This document shows, piece after piece, positions 46,391 to 58,309 of a stretch of 64,000 bases of DNA. Each line of letters begins with the position of its first letter. Position 1 is the stretch's first letter. A program made the position numbers and the translations under genes. This stretch comes from Botryllus schlosseri. Lineage: Eukaryota. Below the pieces are notes generated by a model. That model saw nothing but the letters and a program-made list of their open reading frames with translations. It ran no database searches and was not told the DNA's origin. The DNA lies in contig CM119373.1 in assembly GCA_051294905.1 (NCBI GenBank), forward strand, positions 28,892,001-28,956,000, given 5' to 3'.

Positions 46391-49300
46391 CCTCCTGTCT
46401 GTAAGGTAGACCGTGAACCACCTCTAAAGGTGGGCACAGTTTTTACAGTGTACTAGCTAGACCAGCGTTTCGCAACTGCGGGTCCGCGATGCATTTTCAG
46501 TGAGTCCTTGAAAGGTCCATATTCCGAGAGTGATTGCCTACCTTATTTGTGTTTTTGTCAATTAGAGAAATCACGCGGTAGTTTTGCTTGATAACTGCTG
46601 AAACACCACACCTCAGATCTACAGAATTGCCGTCTGCGTGATGAAATATCCTATGCTGTGCAAACTAATTTTCATTTTCAAATTGCCATTATTATACTCA
46701 TAGAAACATCTGCTGGGATTTTGATACCTTAATTCTTCACAAAAACCCCATTTTCGCCTATTATATATATAACCACTATTCCAGAATAACCTCAAGACAA
46801 GCAGCAACATGGAAAGGACAATGTTAGACGTTTTATGTTCACCACAGATCTGTTTCTCAATCCTGGCGTATCATGTTGCGATCATACCCAAAGGTATCGT
46901 CGGGAGCGCTGTGCGGTATCAAAATAGTCGCCACACTTATCTTTGTGGAAATGGGTTGTCGGTACGCGTTCTTAACAAATAACAGCGGGGATTTTCAACA
47001 CACGAGCTCGTAATTCAAACAATTTGATGGTATGATTCGCTCTGAAATAAATAAAAAAGTATTTCAAACTTGTATACCTGAATAGTTCGCTGTGATGTTA
47101 TTTTCAATAAGGAAGAGTTTTTCTGTTTGTAACTAGCTTACACATATATATGAACATGGAAAATGATGGCTGCATGAAAACAAGAGTTATTGGGTTTGTG
47201 GCAGTCCAAAAGGGTTACGTGAACACAAAAAGTATGAGAAACACTGACTTAGACGATCGGCGTACTTGAGTGGTAATATTGAGGTATAGACTATCAGAAT
47301 ACCGGTGATTAAGTAACAAAACAGCCCGAACTGTATATCTTCTGTCATTTTCAATACTCTGTAGTATATTTCCGACAAGAATAAATGAACGATCAGCAAC
47401 GAGGAGACCTTGATTAAAAGCGACTACCCTTATGCTTATCGAAAACTTCGGTATATGCAACAGTGCTTTTCAACCTTTTTGTCGTGGACATCCTTTAAAC
47501 GTTTACTGAAAACTCGCATACCCCTGACCATATGACACACGTCTTCAACAATAAGCCTTATCCGTATGGCGGTTACCCTATCCGTTCAGCGATTCCCAAT
47601 TCATGAACTGTTTCTGTACGTGCAAGAAGGAAATTTCGGATTGAAGTTGTCTCTTATAGGAAATAACTTGAAAATCTATATCAGGTCGTGAAATATCAAA
47701 CTACAAAGCTTTTGAAACAAATTGTATTTTGATTCGCATCTCCACGCCACCTTTCGCCTGCAGAAGTGGTTCTAAACCTTTTCCTCCACGACCATTTTAA
47801 AAATTATACTGGTGTTTTGAGTGGTTTTAGTGTATTCGTCTCCCGTAATGTGTCACTGTGTAGGGGGTAAATCGTAGCTTTTTTGACTTTTATACTGCGG
47901 ATAAATAGATAATAGACTATATGAAGAAACCTTACGTAGCTCTTGGTTATTAATTCAATCTTAGCTTAACCTGTTGTGAGGTATTGTTTTTTTCATCTGA
48001 GTAGTCTCTGTCTGTCTGTACTTCTGCACATAAAAAATAAATTTCCCTTGTATAAATCGTTCAGAGTACCGACAAGAAAAAGGAGTATGCAGTTATGTAA
48101 ATTTGCGCTTTGGAAGCTTAACTACAGTACACACATTTTTGTTGACTTTCTAATGACCAATTTACTGCTGAAAGTTGTAAAATTTCAATTATTGATGTTT
48201 TTTTGGTAGATATTTATGATTCATTCCGTTGAATATTACACAAGGTGAGGCTTGTGGCGTCCAGTTAAATACCATTAAATTGATCGTAATTATTCCCTAT
48301 CCTTCGAAATAATAAATTCTGTTTGCCATCTTTATTATACTGCTCTTAATGCTTAGTTGCAATGCCAGAATTCAACGACGTTTGTTTAGATGTCATTTAC
48401 AGCTTTCACTCGTCAGAAATGAGTCAGAGACTACTATCAAACAGTTTAAAACAGGGGTGTCAAACTCAAATTGTGTCGCGGGCCGGATTCAAGGCTCCAA
48501 AACACCCGCGGGCCGGACCAGTCAACTGATCCCAAAATTTTACCTTCTACCCATGCTTTCCACTTTTAGTATCAAACCTATCCACTTTTAGTATCAAACA
48601 TATATGGATAATACATGACTTATAGAGTTTTTAGTATCACTTATAGTATCAAACCTATCCACTTTTAGTATCAAACATATATGGATGATACATGACTTAT
48701 AGAGGTTTTATTCTAGCAAGTCGCAACACCTTTAATCGCGAACAATGGAATTATCAAAAATATTTTGATTGTTCGGCTGAATACAGTTTAAGAACCGATA
48801 AAACAGTGGCGCTAACGATGATATAAGTTAGCATATTTCTATGATCCATTTTCAACGGTGTCATGGTGGCGTTCTCTATCATGTGAATAACTGCTTTTTG
48901 GTCCGTTTTTCCACAAAACTCTGAAATCAGCTGTAGTCGTACTAAGGTGTATGCGCTGTGAGGAATACAAGATATTCAACTATAAACGCGGACGTTCGAA
49001 TTTGGTTCATTAATATGAAATCGCAAATGAAATCGCAAATAGAGTTTCTCTCAAAGTCCATGGACCTGTTGGGTGGGAAGTGACACAGCAGCGCGATCAT
49101 AGATATTAGGATTATATAGTTGTGTACCTGATATATATCTTACATGTAAACTACATATAACGGTGCCGTGTTGGCGTTCTCTATTATGTGAATAACCGCT
49201 TTTTGGTCCGATTTTCCACAAACTCTGAAATCAGCTGTAGTCTTACTAGGGCGTATGCGCTGTGAGGAATACAAGATATTGAACTGTAAACGCGGACGTT

Positions 49301-49497
49301 CGAATTCGATTCATTATTATGAAATCTCAAATGGAGTTTCTCCCAAAGTCCGCGGACCTATTGGGTGGGAAGTGACACAGCAGCACGATCATAGATATTA
49401 GGATTATATAGTTGTGTACCTGATATATATCTTCTATGTAAACTACATATAAAGGTGGCGTGTTGACGTTCTCTATTATGTGAATAACTACTTTTTG

Positions 49498-49587
49498 AAT
49501 GGTATATAGACTATTCATAGTGAAATGGAACCCGAATATTTTCGGCTGACACTCGTCAGGGGTAATCGTCAGCAACTAGTAGAGAAT
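49498..49587 (-). mobile_element. 90-bp PLE-derived insertion consisting mostly of the hammerhead ribozyme
   Basis: 11-bp direct repeat actactttttg (49487-49497, 49588-49598); the uninterrupted site is present in the sister tandem units. Confidence 0.8.
49530..49574 (-). ncRNA. Minimal type I hammerhead ribozyme, identical to 13243-13287
   Basis: Same sequence base for base as the 13.2-kb copy. Confidence 0.8.
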
Positions 49588-49704
49588 ACTACTTTTTGGT
49601 CCGTTTTCCCACAAAGCTCTGAAATCAGTGCATACTTTTTGCGTTTTCGAATTAGAGAGAGTGAAACCACAACGCCGTACTCGGTGATTTAAAGGTGGCT
49701 GCAA

Positions 49705-49912
49705 TCGACTCCAGAACGACATCAACCTAAATGTTGAAGGTTTATTTTATGCTCCTCCTCATCATCTCATTCGCGTAAGCGGTGTCTTACAAAAGTATGG
49801 AAGTGAGCAGTGCTACAAGTCGGCAGTTACGGAATCAAACATGGAATCTCGGCCTGGTGTAAATAACCAACACCATTGTAGTCAACAAACACCATGAATA
49901 CCGCAAACAAAA
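49705..49912 (+). mobile_element. 5'-truncated SINE of the same family
   Basis: Body and tail homologous to 24760-24975; tRNA head absent. Confidence 0.75.
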
Positions 49913-51623
49913 GCATAATGTGGCCTATGAACTGAACAGTGAACATGCTCTACATTTGCTGTCTTGGGGGAATATTCAATGGAATCATTTCCTGCAAATA
50001 TCTCTATATTTGTTACAAATGTACTGGATATTATAAGAATTTTTAAAATCTACTCAGAATTGCTTCGCGGGCCGGAATGAATGGTCCGGCGGGTCGGATG
50101 CGGCCTGCGGGCCGTATGTTTGACACCCCTGGTTCAAAACAAAACTTGCACAATTGTGACACACCCAGAGCAGACGATGAAATCTCTATAACGACACAAC
50201 ACATAAATATGTACGTCCAAAGCTTCTCAATAAATAATTGGATGATTAATGTTCCTCAATAATGAGCAAGCTTCCCTTTTCCGCATTCAAGAATTGAGAT
50301 ATAAAATTTCCAATATCTGCCGCGGACCGACAGGAAACTTGCCCCTGACCAGGAGTTGAAGACCACTGTTTTAGACTACCTTCCCTTCTACTTATATTTT
50401 TCCAGGAGAATCATAAAAAATGTCTACACTTTGGATGTCGTACAGCAGCGAAAATAGTTTGCTTGTGAATGTGTTTGCGTAACGTTTATGAGTGTAGTGA
50501 CTAACTGGCAGACCTGCGGTTGGGAAGCGCTCCTTTGGACTACTTGCACTTCTACTATTTATTTTTCAGGGAGATCTAAAAAATATGCACCGACATGGGG
50601 AATTCAAAATATCAAAATCGTGATGCCCTTTTTGCAATCCAACGCTTTCTTCAGGAGGAATATGTCATTTTTTCAAAAAGTTTCCCGTGAAGATTTGTAA
50701 CTTAGAGCAAAGTAGATGTAGGCCAAACGACTCTTAGCTAAACACAGGTCTCGATGTTAGCTTTTTAATAAACCCTGAGTTAATACTATACGACATATAA
50801 TTCATTCAAATTTAAATAACATGAAGCTGTTGAACAAAATTTTACAATGGAGATAAACGTTAATAAACTTTTTACCAGCAATAAAAGATACAAAACCGGT
50901 GTCATTGAAAATCGAACTCATGTAGTTTTTAGATGTGATGTGATGTGGATAAGATAGGTCTATGAGGTAGGAGTATCGGTACTCTGTAGGTAGATATATC
51001 GAGCCAAGAAAAAAAATGAAAATTTTGATATTTTTTCGTAATTTTGACTTGCTAGTCCCCATGTATTTCCAATCAAATTTACTGCCCTTGAGAAACCTGA
51101 AATATGCTGTCTCAGATAACCAATCTGAACAAGAACGGCTTTAGAGCTGCATTTTTTATCTCCTCCGAATTCCCTATTCCTACGCACCATATGATTGTTT
51201 GTGAAATTTCCATACTTAATTATGATGTTTGTCTGCCAGTGTCTTTCTCCTTCTCTTGCAAGTCGACTCCCCTGCGCATAAGATGGCTAAGATTGCCCTA
51301 ACTAGAAAAAACATCCAACTTTTTAGCAGTTTAAAGTACCAGCACTATGCTATATGGGTCACCGCCATGTACCATAATGTATTGGATGTAACTGCCCCAT
51401 GTTGCAGGAGCCCACATTGTAAAGGCATTAAGTTTAATAATCCAACTATCTTCAGGCATCTCTCAGACATGCATGCTCGTGATGTCGATAGTGATTGCGC
51501 TGATTAAAGATGTTTGCCTTAGGCATGGGTAATAGGCCTATACATACAATGATATATTTCGTAGCATTGCATTCATGATTCTATGTATCTCGCTATGAGT
51601 TTCAATTTTATATTCCTCAACTG

Positions 51624-52333
51624 TAGGGTGACCATATTTTAGAATCGGAAAAGTTGGTGGTTCTGGTCCAAAAACGGCCGAATTTGTATTTTCGCAGAAA
51701 AATTTGTTAAGTGGACTAATAAAGATGATCGCATTCGATCGACTCTCGATTTTCTCACTTTCTACTGGAATTTAGTTGTGTTAACTGAAAAAACTTCCTT
51801 ATCGATATCTGCAGGGCGACCCCCTGATTGGTAAAGATAGGAACAATTATGGAAAATTGATAAATTGATTTACGGATGTAAGATTTTCTTGATCGCCGAC
51901 GGATTGATTTCTGGAGCGAAAGCACGAAACGAACACAGCAAGATGAAGCTTATGCGCTATGAAGTTTATTCGTTGCAGCAATGCAAATCTGTGGCGTCAC
52001 ACTCATATGAGAAAAAACGTTTCATGTGGATTTGTGACGTCACTTTTCAAATAAGTCAATTGAAAGATCTTTTGCGAAACTTCAACTCCGGGAAACGCAG
52101 GAAGTTGAAAGGATAAAAAAACAAGGCTATCACCTCCGCTCGGCTCGCGCATGGCCCGTTCTAACGTCCGCATTATCTATTTCGCGCCATTTATGGCGAT
52201 TTTCAGTCGAACTTTGCCATTATCCAAGTTAATGAACTTCTAAAGGACGACGAATTGCCAAGAAGGAGGACATTTAGGCGTCCTGGGAGAAAATATTCAA
52301 AAACCTTAAAAAGGATGACATATGGTAACCCTA
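51624..52333. mobile_element. hAT MITE, Blackjack-like
   Basis: TIRs tagggtgaccata / tatggtaacccta; TSD ctcaactg / cccaactg. Confidence 0.85.
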
Positions 52334-54429
52334 CCCAACTGTCTCTTTGTAATCAATTGATAATGTTATCGCGCTGCACTGAAGCAGATTATTTTGTAGC
52401 GGTACATCACGTTTGAACAAGTCTGTTGACCATTGGTTACAAACGTTCATCGGTGTCGAAGCCGCATTACGAACTTAAAGTACCTATGGATCGACAGGAA
52501 AACACTCGAGTAGACCACAAATACCTAAGGATCTCGTGATCCAGCTAATTCAAAAGCATGCACATTGCACGTTGCAAATGAAATTCTATGGTTTCTATAT
52601 CGGCCCTTTTAGCACTGATAGACGCAGACTGGCGAGTGCTTTATATTGATGAAATTGAAATGCATATCATTATTACAACCTACTAATGTGTCGTTATGTG
52701 ATAGTTCTTCATCATACCACCTAGCACTCAATACGCATGTTTGAGGCGATTATGCAATGAGCAGTATTGGACTTATTGCAATTTCTACTTGACTATTATC
52801 CCGTATTCTAATTTGGATTACGATGAAATTTGCCCTTTGCAGAGACGATATATAAAGGTCTTTGATCAGCAAAACTCAAGATAAGTCCTTGTCTGACGGT
52901 TATATATGCATGCGCTAGTGTGCAGTAATTCTCTTTTCCGATTTTCAGAAGCGGCCTTGCCGGCTTTAGACATAGTCGATATCTATAATTTTAGCATTCA
53001 CATACATTGACTATGACTATTCATAGAAATAAACAACAACTGTCCTTTATTATAGTTTTGTGGAATATTTAGCAGTCAACCGAAGCCTGATGTTTGAAAT
53101 CTCAAACTGTGAGAATTTAGCAAAAATTCGATTTCTTATGATAAGACGGTCACAAGCGGTCGACATCATCTTGCCGGCGCTTAAGCCTGAACAACCATGC
53201 TCTGATATCTGAAAGCCCCCTTCACCGTCATTCTGTCAGTCTGAAAATTAATTGCAAAACATTGCTGATGCATGACAACATATTAATCATTCAAAAGTGG
53301 TGTGATCAAAAAGTTGTCGATGACCCATATTTTCCTAAAATTCATAGTTCACCATGAAGAAAAATCTCGTAGCTGCGAATTCGATAAATAAAAGCCATGA
53401 AATTTTACCGGAAAATAAGTCGCTTCAACAAAGCACACAAATTTCGGAAACTGAACGAACTTAAACTTGTGATACATGACGTCACGACTTCACAGCGTAA
53501 AATTTGGAGTTGGAAAAACAAATAGCAATCAATGCCGCACATTTAGTATGCTGCCAATTAGTATTTTTCTTATGTTAGGGTATATATACAATAAAGAATT
53601 CGTGACAGATCATTGACATTGATCCCATTGGCGAAGCCACAAAATATACTCGACATGCTCTCTGCTTCCTCTCATATTTGGCCTTGGTTGGTGCAACGTC
53701 ATTTACGTATGATCAATAAGACACAATTGATCCCCATGTCAGGTCGAGGCCGAAAAATGTTAACCCGAAAAAATTCATATCTAGGAGACGCATGTATCTT
53801 TAAGCCACGTGGTTATCTCAATATTGCAACTTGAATTAAACGTATCAAAACTTACTACATCAGCAAGGCCACGTCTAGAGTATAAGCGCCATATATCTAA
53901 TATACGCGATACCCGTAAACCTGGAGCAACCAACATAAATTCCAACTATAAAATCGTGGTCATGTTCAAATGTGATGTCTAGAAGGAGAAAAAATGACTT
54001 GAAAACACATCTGGCCAGAATGTGACAACGACATCCTGCCCACTTAAAAGACACAAACTTTGCTCTGGGCCAGTGTTAGACAAACTTTGTCCCATCGCGC
54101 ACAACCGATTTGTTTTTGTTTTTACCACATAACGTACCATTAATTTGTTTTCCACTACATGGCGAACCACCAGAATTACTTATGTTACTCGAAAAGACCG
54201 GTGTCATTCCTGGTGTTACTATACCGCAACACTAGTGGATAGCAAGAGACGCCATATAATGAAATACTTACAGCAGTTGTTGAAGCAGAAGCTCGTCAAT
54301 TTGGTGTATATCACATTCTACTCACAGCATTCTTCGCGTGGACCTAGGATCTAAAACTTTCGGGTATACCACCATGGTATGCGTACCACAGTTTGACAAT
54401 CACTGCCCGGGGCAATAAAGTTGAGAAAA

Positions 54430-54765
54430 TCAACAAGAGCTATAAGAATTAATTCTGTTGTCGCATTTGAGTGTCGTAACATGGTGGTTGTGGCATTTCT
54501 GAAATCGTGTTGTTGACCTGATGGCCGGTATACAACACGCGAACATGACTAACACTGCGCATATGGCTTTGCGCTTGAGCACGTATGCCGACATCACTGC
54601 CCTTTCAGGCCTTGAACATAGTGTGTCTGTGTTTGGTATACTACAGTTGAATGCGGAAGTATATACATAACCGATTGGTTTACTTTTGACGTTTTCCTGT
54701 AGCATACCCCGCTGCAGAAAAATGAGGCATGAATGAATTTTACAACGAACGATGCAACATTAGGC
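54430..54765 (-). pseudogene. 3' remnant of CD20/MS4A-like gene F
   Basis: IHASFSAAG and KSKPIGYVY match gene D (FHASFCCGG, SKPIGFVY); cut upstream by a SINE. Confidence 0.6.
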
Positions 54766-54771
54766 AATGGG

Positions 54772-54905
54772 GAAGCGAGTGGCGCAGTTGGTTAAACACT
54801 GCAGTCACGACACCAATGGATGCTGCCATGTTTCTATGTGTCGAAGGTTTATCCGGGCTCCTCATCGGCGACCTCGATGCTTGAGCGGTGTCGTACGAAA
54901 AGCCC
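54772..54905 (+). mobile_element. Diverged partial SINE
   Basis: A box tggcgcagttgg, caccaatgg and gagcggtgtcgtac shared with the family. Confidence 0.6.
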
Positions 54906-55967
54906 AGACGGATAAAGTGGAGTCGAGCGTATAATCGACAGCATCAGATACTGAAGCGGAGCAGTAGCGTCGCAGCTAAGTGCGACTTTCGAATTATATT
55001 TTAGTACATCGGAGTTGGTTTGGTTGCAATTGGTATTAGAGCTGGATTTAATTTACCACAGTTTTAATGTAATTGTACTTGTGATGGAAGCATTTTATTG
55101 CCCGTAATTGTATTTACAATTACATTACATTGGTATTGAGACTTGGCGAATACAACATAAAATATTGAAGCCTATTTACATAAGTATGCTTTGCTTGTTG
55201 TGTTAACTAGATAATTCAGCCATGCTAAACTGTTTCCCACACTTCAGGAGCAACAGACAACTTATTAAATTGTAATGTAGCACAATTCCTGACAGTTCTG
55301 AAATAGATGAACCGCAAATAAACTCTTCCGAAACCCGTGCTGAACAATTTCCTGAACCCTGTCCGAGTCAATTTAAATCTTTGCACAGTACTGGGGCTTG
55401 CTGTAATAATTACAAGGAGAAATTCAAGTTTTCAACCAAGGCTCCATAAAACTTGATCACGCATTTGAAGAGATATTTTTAAATCTTTATCCCACTAATT
55501 TATTGGAGTTAGAAGACGGAAAAACCTCCCACGCTTGCTACAGTAACCTAGGATTATTTGGAACTAACAGCAACATCAGCCCATTGAGTTAATGTTTTTA
55601 AATAGCGCCTAAACTTGATAAGACAAGAAGATATTCGCTGGGCCTAATGTTCATCAAATGCAATCAAACAGTTTTCTAGCAAGTGGAAATGTAGATGTGA
55701 ACCAAAATTTTGTAATGTGTAATCATCAGGAGATTCTTTCCTTTTGAATTTCTTTTATTTTTACACACCTGATCGCTGACGCCTCACCCATTACATGTCA
55801 TATCCTTACTCAGCTTTGTTTATTCGATTGATTACATTTAATTGCCTGCCGTGTAGCATATTCAGTGTTAGTCGTTGCCAGTCGCACAATAAAATTTTTA
55901 GTAGTTTGCATTTTTGAGTACTCATGATTAGGCATGGCTCGAAAACGCTCGAAACTATTTAATTAAT

Positions 55968-56025
55968 GGACGAGTATCAGCCGAAAATATTTGGGTTCAT
56001 TTCAATATGAATATACAATTTGATA
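55968..56025 (+). repeat. Degenerate PLE terminal-repeat / hammerhead fragment
   Basis: gacgagtatcagccgaaaatatttgggttcatttcaatatgaatatac; the CUGA core and stem I 5' strand are missing and the cleavage-site C is now U. Confidence 0.7.
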
Positions 56026-56232
56026 AATGGTGTTTTTTGTATCAGGAGTGATACATGAATAGCTTGTTTCTACGGTTATTTAAGAACACCTCTCAACCAA
56101 AGTTGAATTTATGAATAATCGATCATATCTTTGGAAAAATTGAAGTTGTAATTTGATATTTTCAGCATAGAGTAAATTATTGGTAATGTAATTGAAACAT
56201 AAAATTAATCCAAATACAGTATGCATAATTAC

Positions 56233-57942
56233 TAGGGATGGTGTGAACCTGTAAAAGGTTCGGGTTCATGTGAACGCGAACCTTTTTGAAAGGTTCTGTG
56301 TGAACACGAACGTGAACCTCGTGACGTCATATTGCTAATTCCAACCCTATCTTTTAATGAAGTGATAGCCTATATCAGGGCCGGCCAACCCGTGGCCCGC
56401 GGGCCACATGTGGCCCGCGAGAAGGTTTTGAGTGGCCCGCGAGGTAATTTCCGAAATCATCAAAAATGGATCGCACAAATTGTGAACTTGCAAGGCCAAC
56501 GAAAAATTTGATTATTCTGGCCGCAACACTTGAGATGTGATGACTAAAATATCCGTTTCGACTCATTGACAGATCCATCAACCATTCACATATTGGTATA
56601 TCTTCGTACACTACAATAAAGCAGAATAATTTGCGATAGATTTATCAAAGGTAAAAATTTTCTACAAGCTTAGCGCAATATGTTGTCACTCGATTTCTTG
56701 TTCTTAATATTGTTGCCCTTTTGTGAAAATAGAAGAACACCCAATGTATCAGATTGAGTCTAATTATATTAACGATTACGAGACAAAGTGTCGTTCAACA
56801 TGTGCGACCATGCGTTTGCACTGGCAGTAAGACTGTCGACTATGAAACCTAGGCACGAAATGATTGACGCATGTTGGTCGCAGCTTCCGATATCGATATG
56901 TCCAAGTCCATGCGCCGAATAGCCCAGTCCTTGCAAACTTAGCCCAGCGATATACAGCAGGCCCGCAATATAATCAAATGACAATATTATTGACCTATGA
57001 ACTTCGAAAAATTTTCGCGCTTCGCGCGGATAGTGGCCCGCGCGAAATTTCGTCAATCGAATGTGGCCCGTCGGCCGAAAAGGTTGGCCAGCCCTGGCCT
57101 ATATTATTGTACACGATACCTAGAGAAGACTCGGGCCACATAATGTTGCATTGCTGAAGTACATATTGGCGTTTCAAACGTCGCTAAATGTATCGACCGC
57201 GGTTATAAAAGGATATAATAATCTCATAAAATCAATACATTCGTCGTTTTGTCAACAATTTCGACGAGGACTTACCAGGATATATAAGCTTACGCCTTAA
57301 TGGTCTTAGCCAGACCGGACGATGTGTTCGGAATCTGAGTATTGCTACATTGCTATTGAGCAGAGTGTAAAACGTGTTTCTATACTCGCTACTGATACCG
57401 TAAACAACAAGTTATATAGCTGTAGCCAGCACCTTAATCGCACGGATTTGGTTTTAATGATACAGTAAAGATATGAAGTCGAGATTGACCCCATACGCCC
57501 GCTCGATTTTTTACATCAGAAAACGATATCAATGTCATTGATTGGTTTAATAGGCATCATTCGCTGACTACGTATATCGCTCGTGATGTTGTGTGATTGC
57601 GGGTCAAGCTCACGGCAGAGAGTCACTAATTATTCACAAACGGAAAGCTGGATATTTCGAGAAATTTTTGGTAACAAAAATGAAAGTTAAACTTTTAAGG
57701 CTGTCATGGTGCATGCTCGTTTAGTGTTGACTTTTTATGCTGCCAACGCCATGCATAGAGTGACCCACAGTTGAAATGCAATAAACTTGAACCAAAGATC
57801 TTATAATTAACTGCAAATTACAATTTACCAAAAAGGTTCACAGTGCAGAACCTACCAAGGTTCTGTTGTGAACGCGAACCTCTAAATTTCCGAGGTTTAC
57901 ATACAGAACACGAACGTGAACCTCACGTTCACACCATCCCTA
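56233..57942. mobile_element. TAGGGATG-TIR MITE carrying a nested Buster-like MITE
   Basis: TIRs tagggatggtgtgaac / gttcacaccatcccta; perfect TSD ataattac. Confidence 0.92.
56376..57096. mobile_element. ~700-bp hAT (Buster-like) MITE
   Basis: TIRs cagggccggccaacc / ggttggccagccctg; perfect TSD gcctatat. Confidence 0.92.
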
Positions 57943-58309
57943 ATAATTACATAATGTGAATTAGCGTTCCTTTCTATCCATCTCTTTCGCGTGCATTCTT
58001 CTAACAGCCGTTAGCTCACCCACGTTAAATTCCTAAATGTACTGCAATCAGCGACGGGTCGCCAATAAAAAAGCTCCAATAATTCTTTTACATGCAGAGG
58101 ATAGTCGAAAGTGTGGCTGAATCCACTTTCATGGATATGCCACCGGTCGTATGGGACCACAGTGCGTCATTTACTTAACCGTATTTTAAACACTGTTTTT
58201 GCATTTATAGTTTCTGCTCTATATATCATGGCTATTGCTTATGAGCTCATTTGTGAATCATCGACTCCCAAGTCTATTTAAATCGCAATTTCAGTATACA
58301 ATTTGCTAT

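Larger units (their letters stand above)
43301..46450. mobile_element. Probable EnSpm/CACTA-type (CACTG) non-autonomous element
   Basis: Termini cactgtaaaa / ttttacagtg with TA on both sides; AAGGTAG subterminal motifs; internal C2H2-like remnant (CPVESC...FSSRLYLLDHL) and ORF 45943-46146. Confidence 0.45.
48856..49630. repeat. ~300-bp tandem duplication, about 2.5 units
   Basis: Units start near 48856, 49159 and 49451 (gcgttctctat.atgtgaataac). Confidence 0.85.
48452..50131. mobile_element. Non-autonomous hAT (Buster-like) element with internal tandem duplications
   Basis: TIRs caggggtgtcaaac / gtttgacacccctg; TSD gtttaaaa / gttcaaaa. Confidence 0.85.

Noticed and set aside
13243-49574. 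Retrozyme (two hammerheads flanking a monomer)
   Set aside because: The two intact ribozymes are 36 kb apart in unrelated hosts, with no tandem monomer structure.
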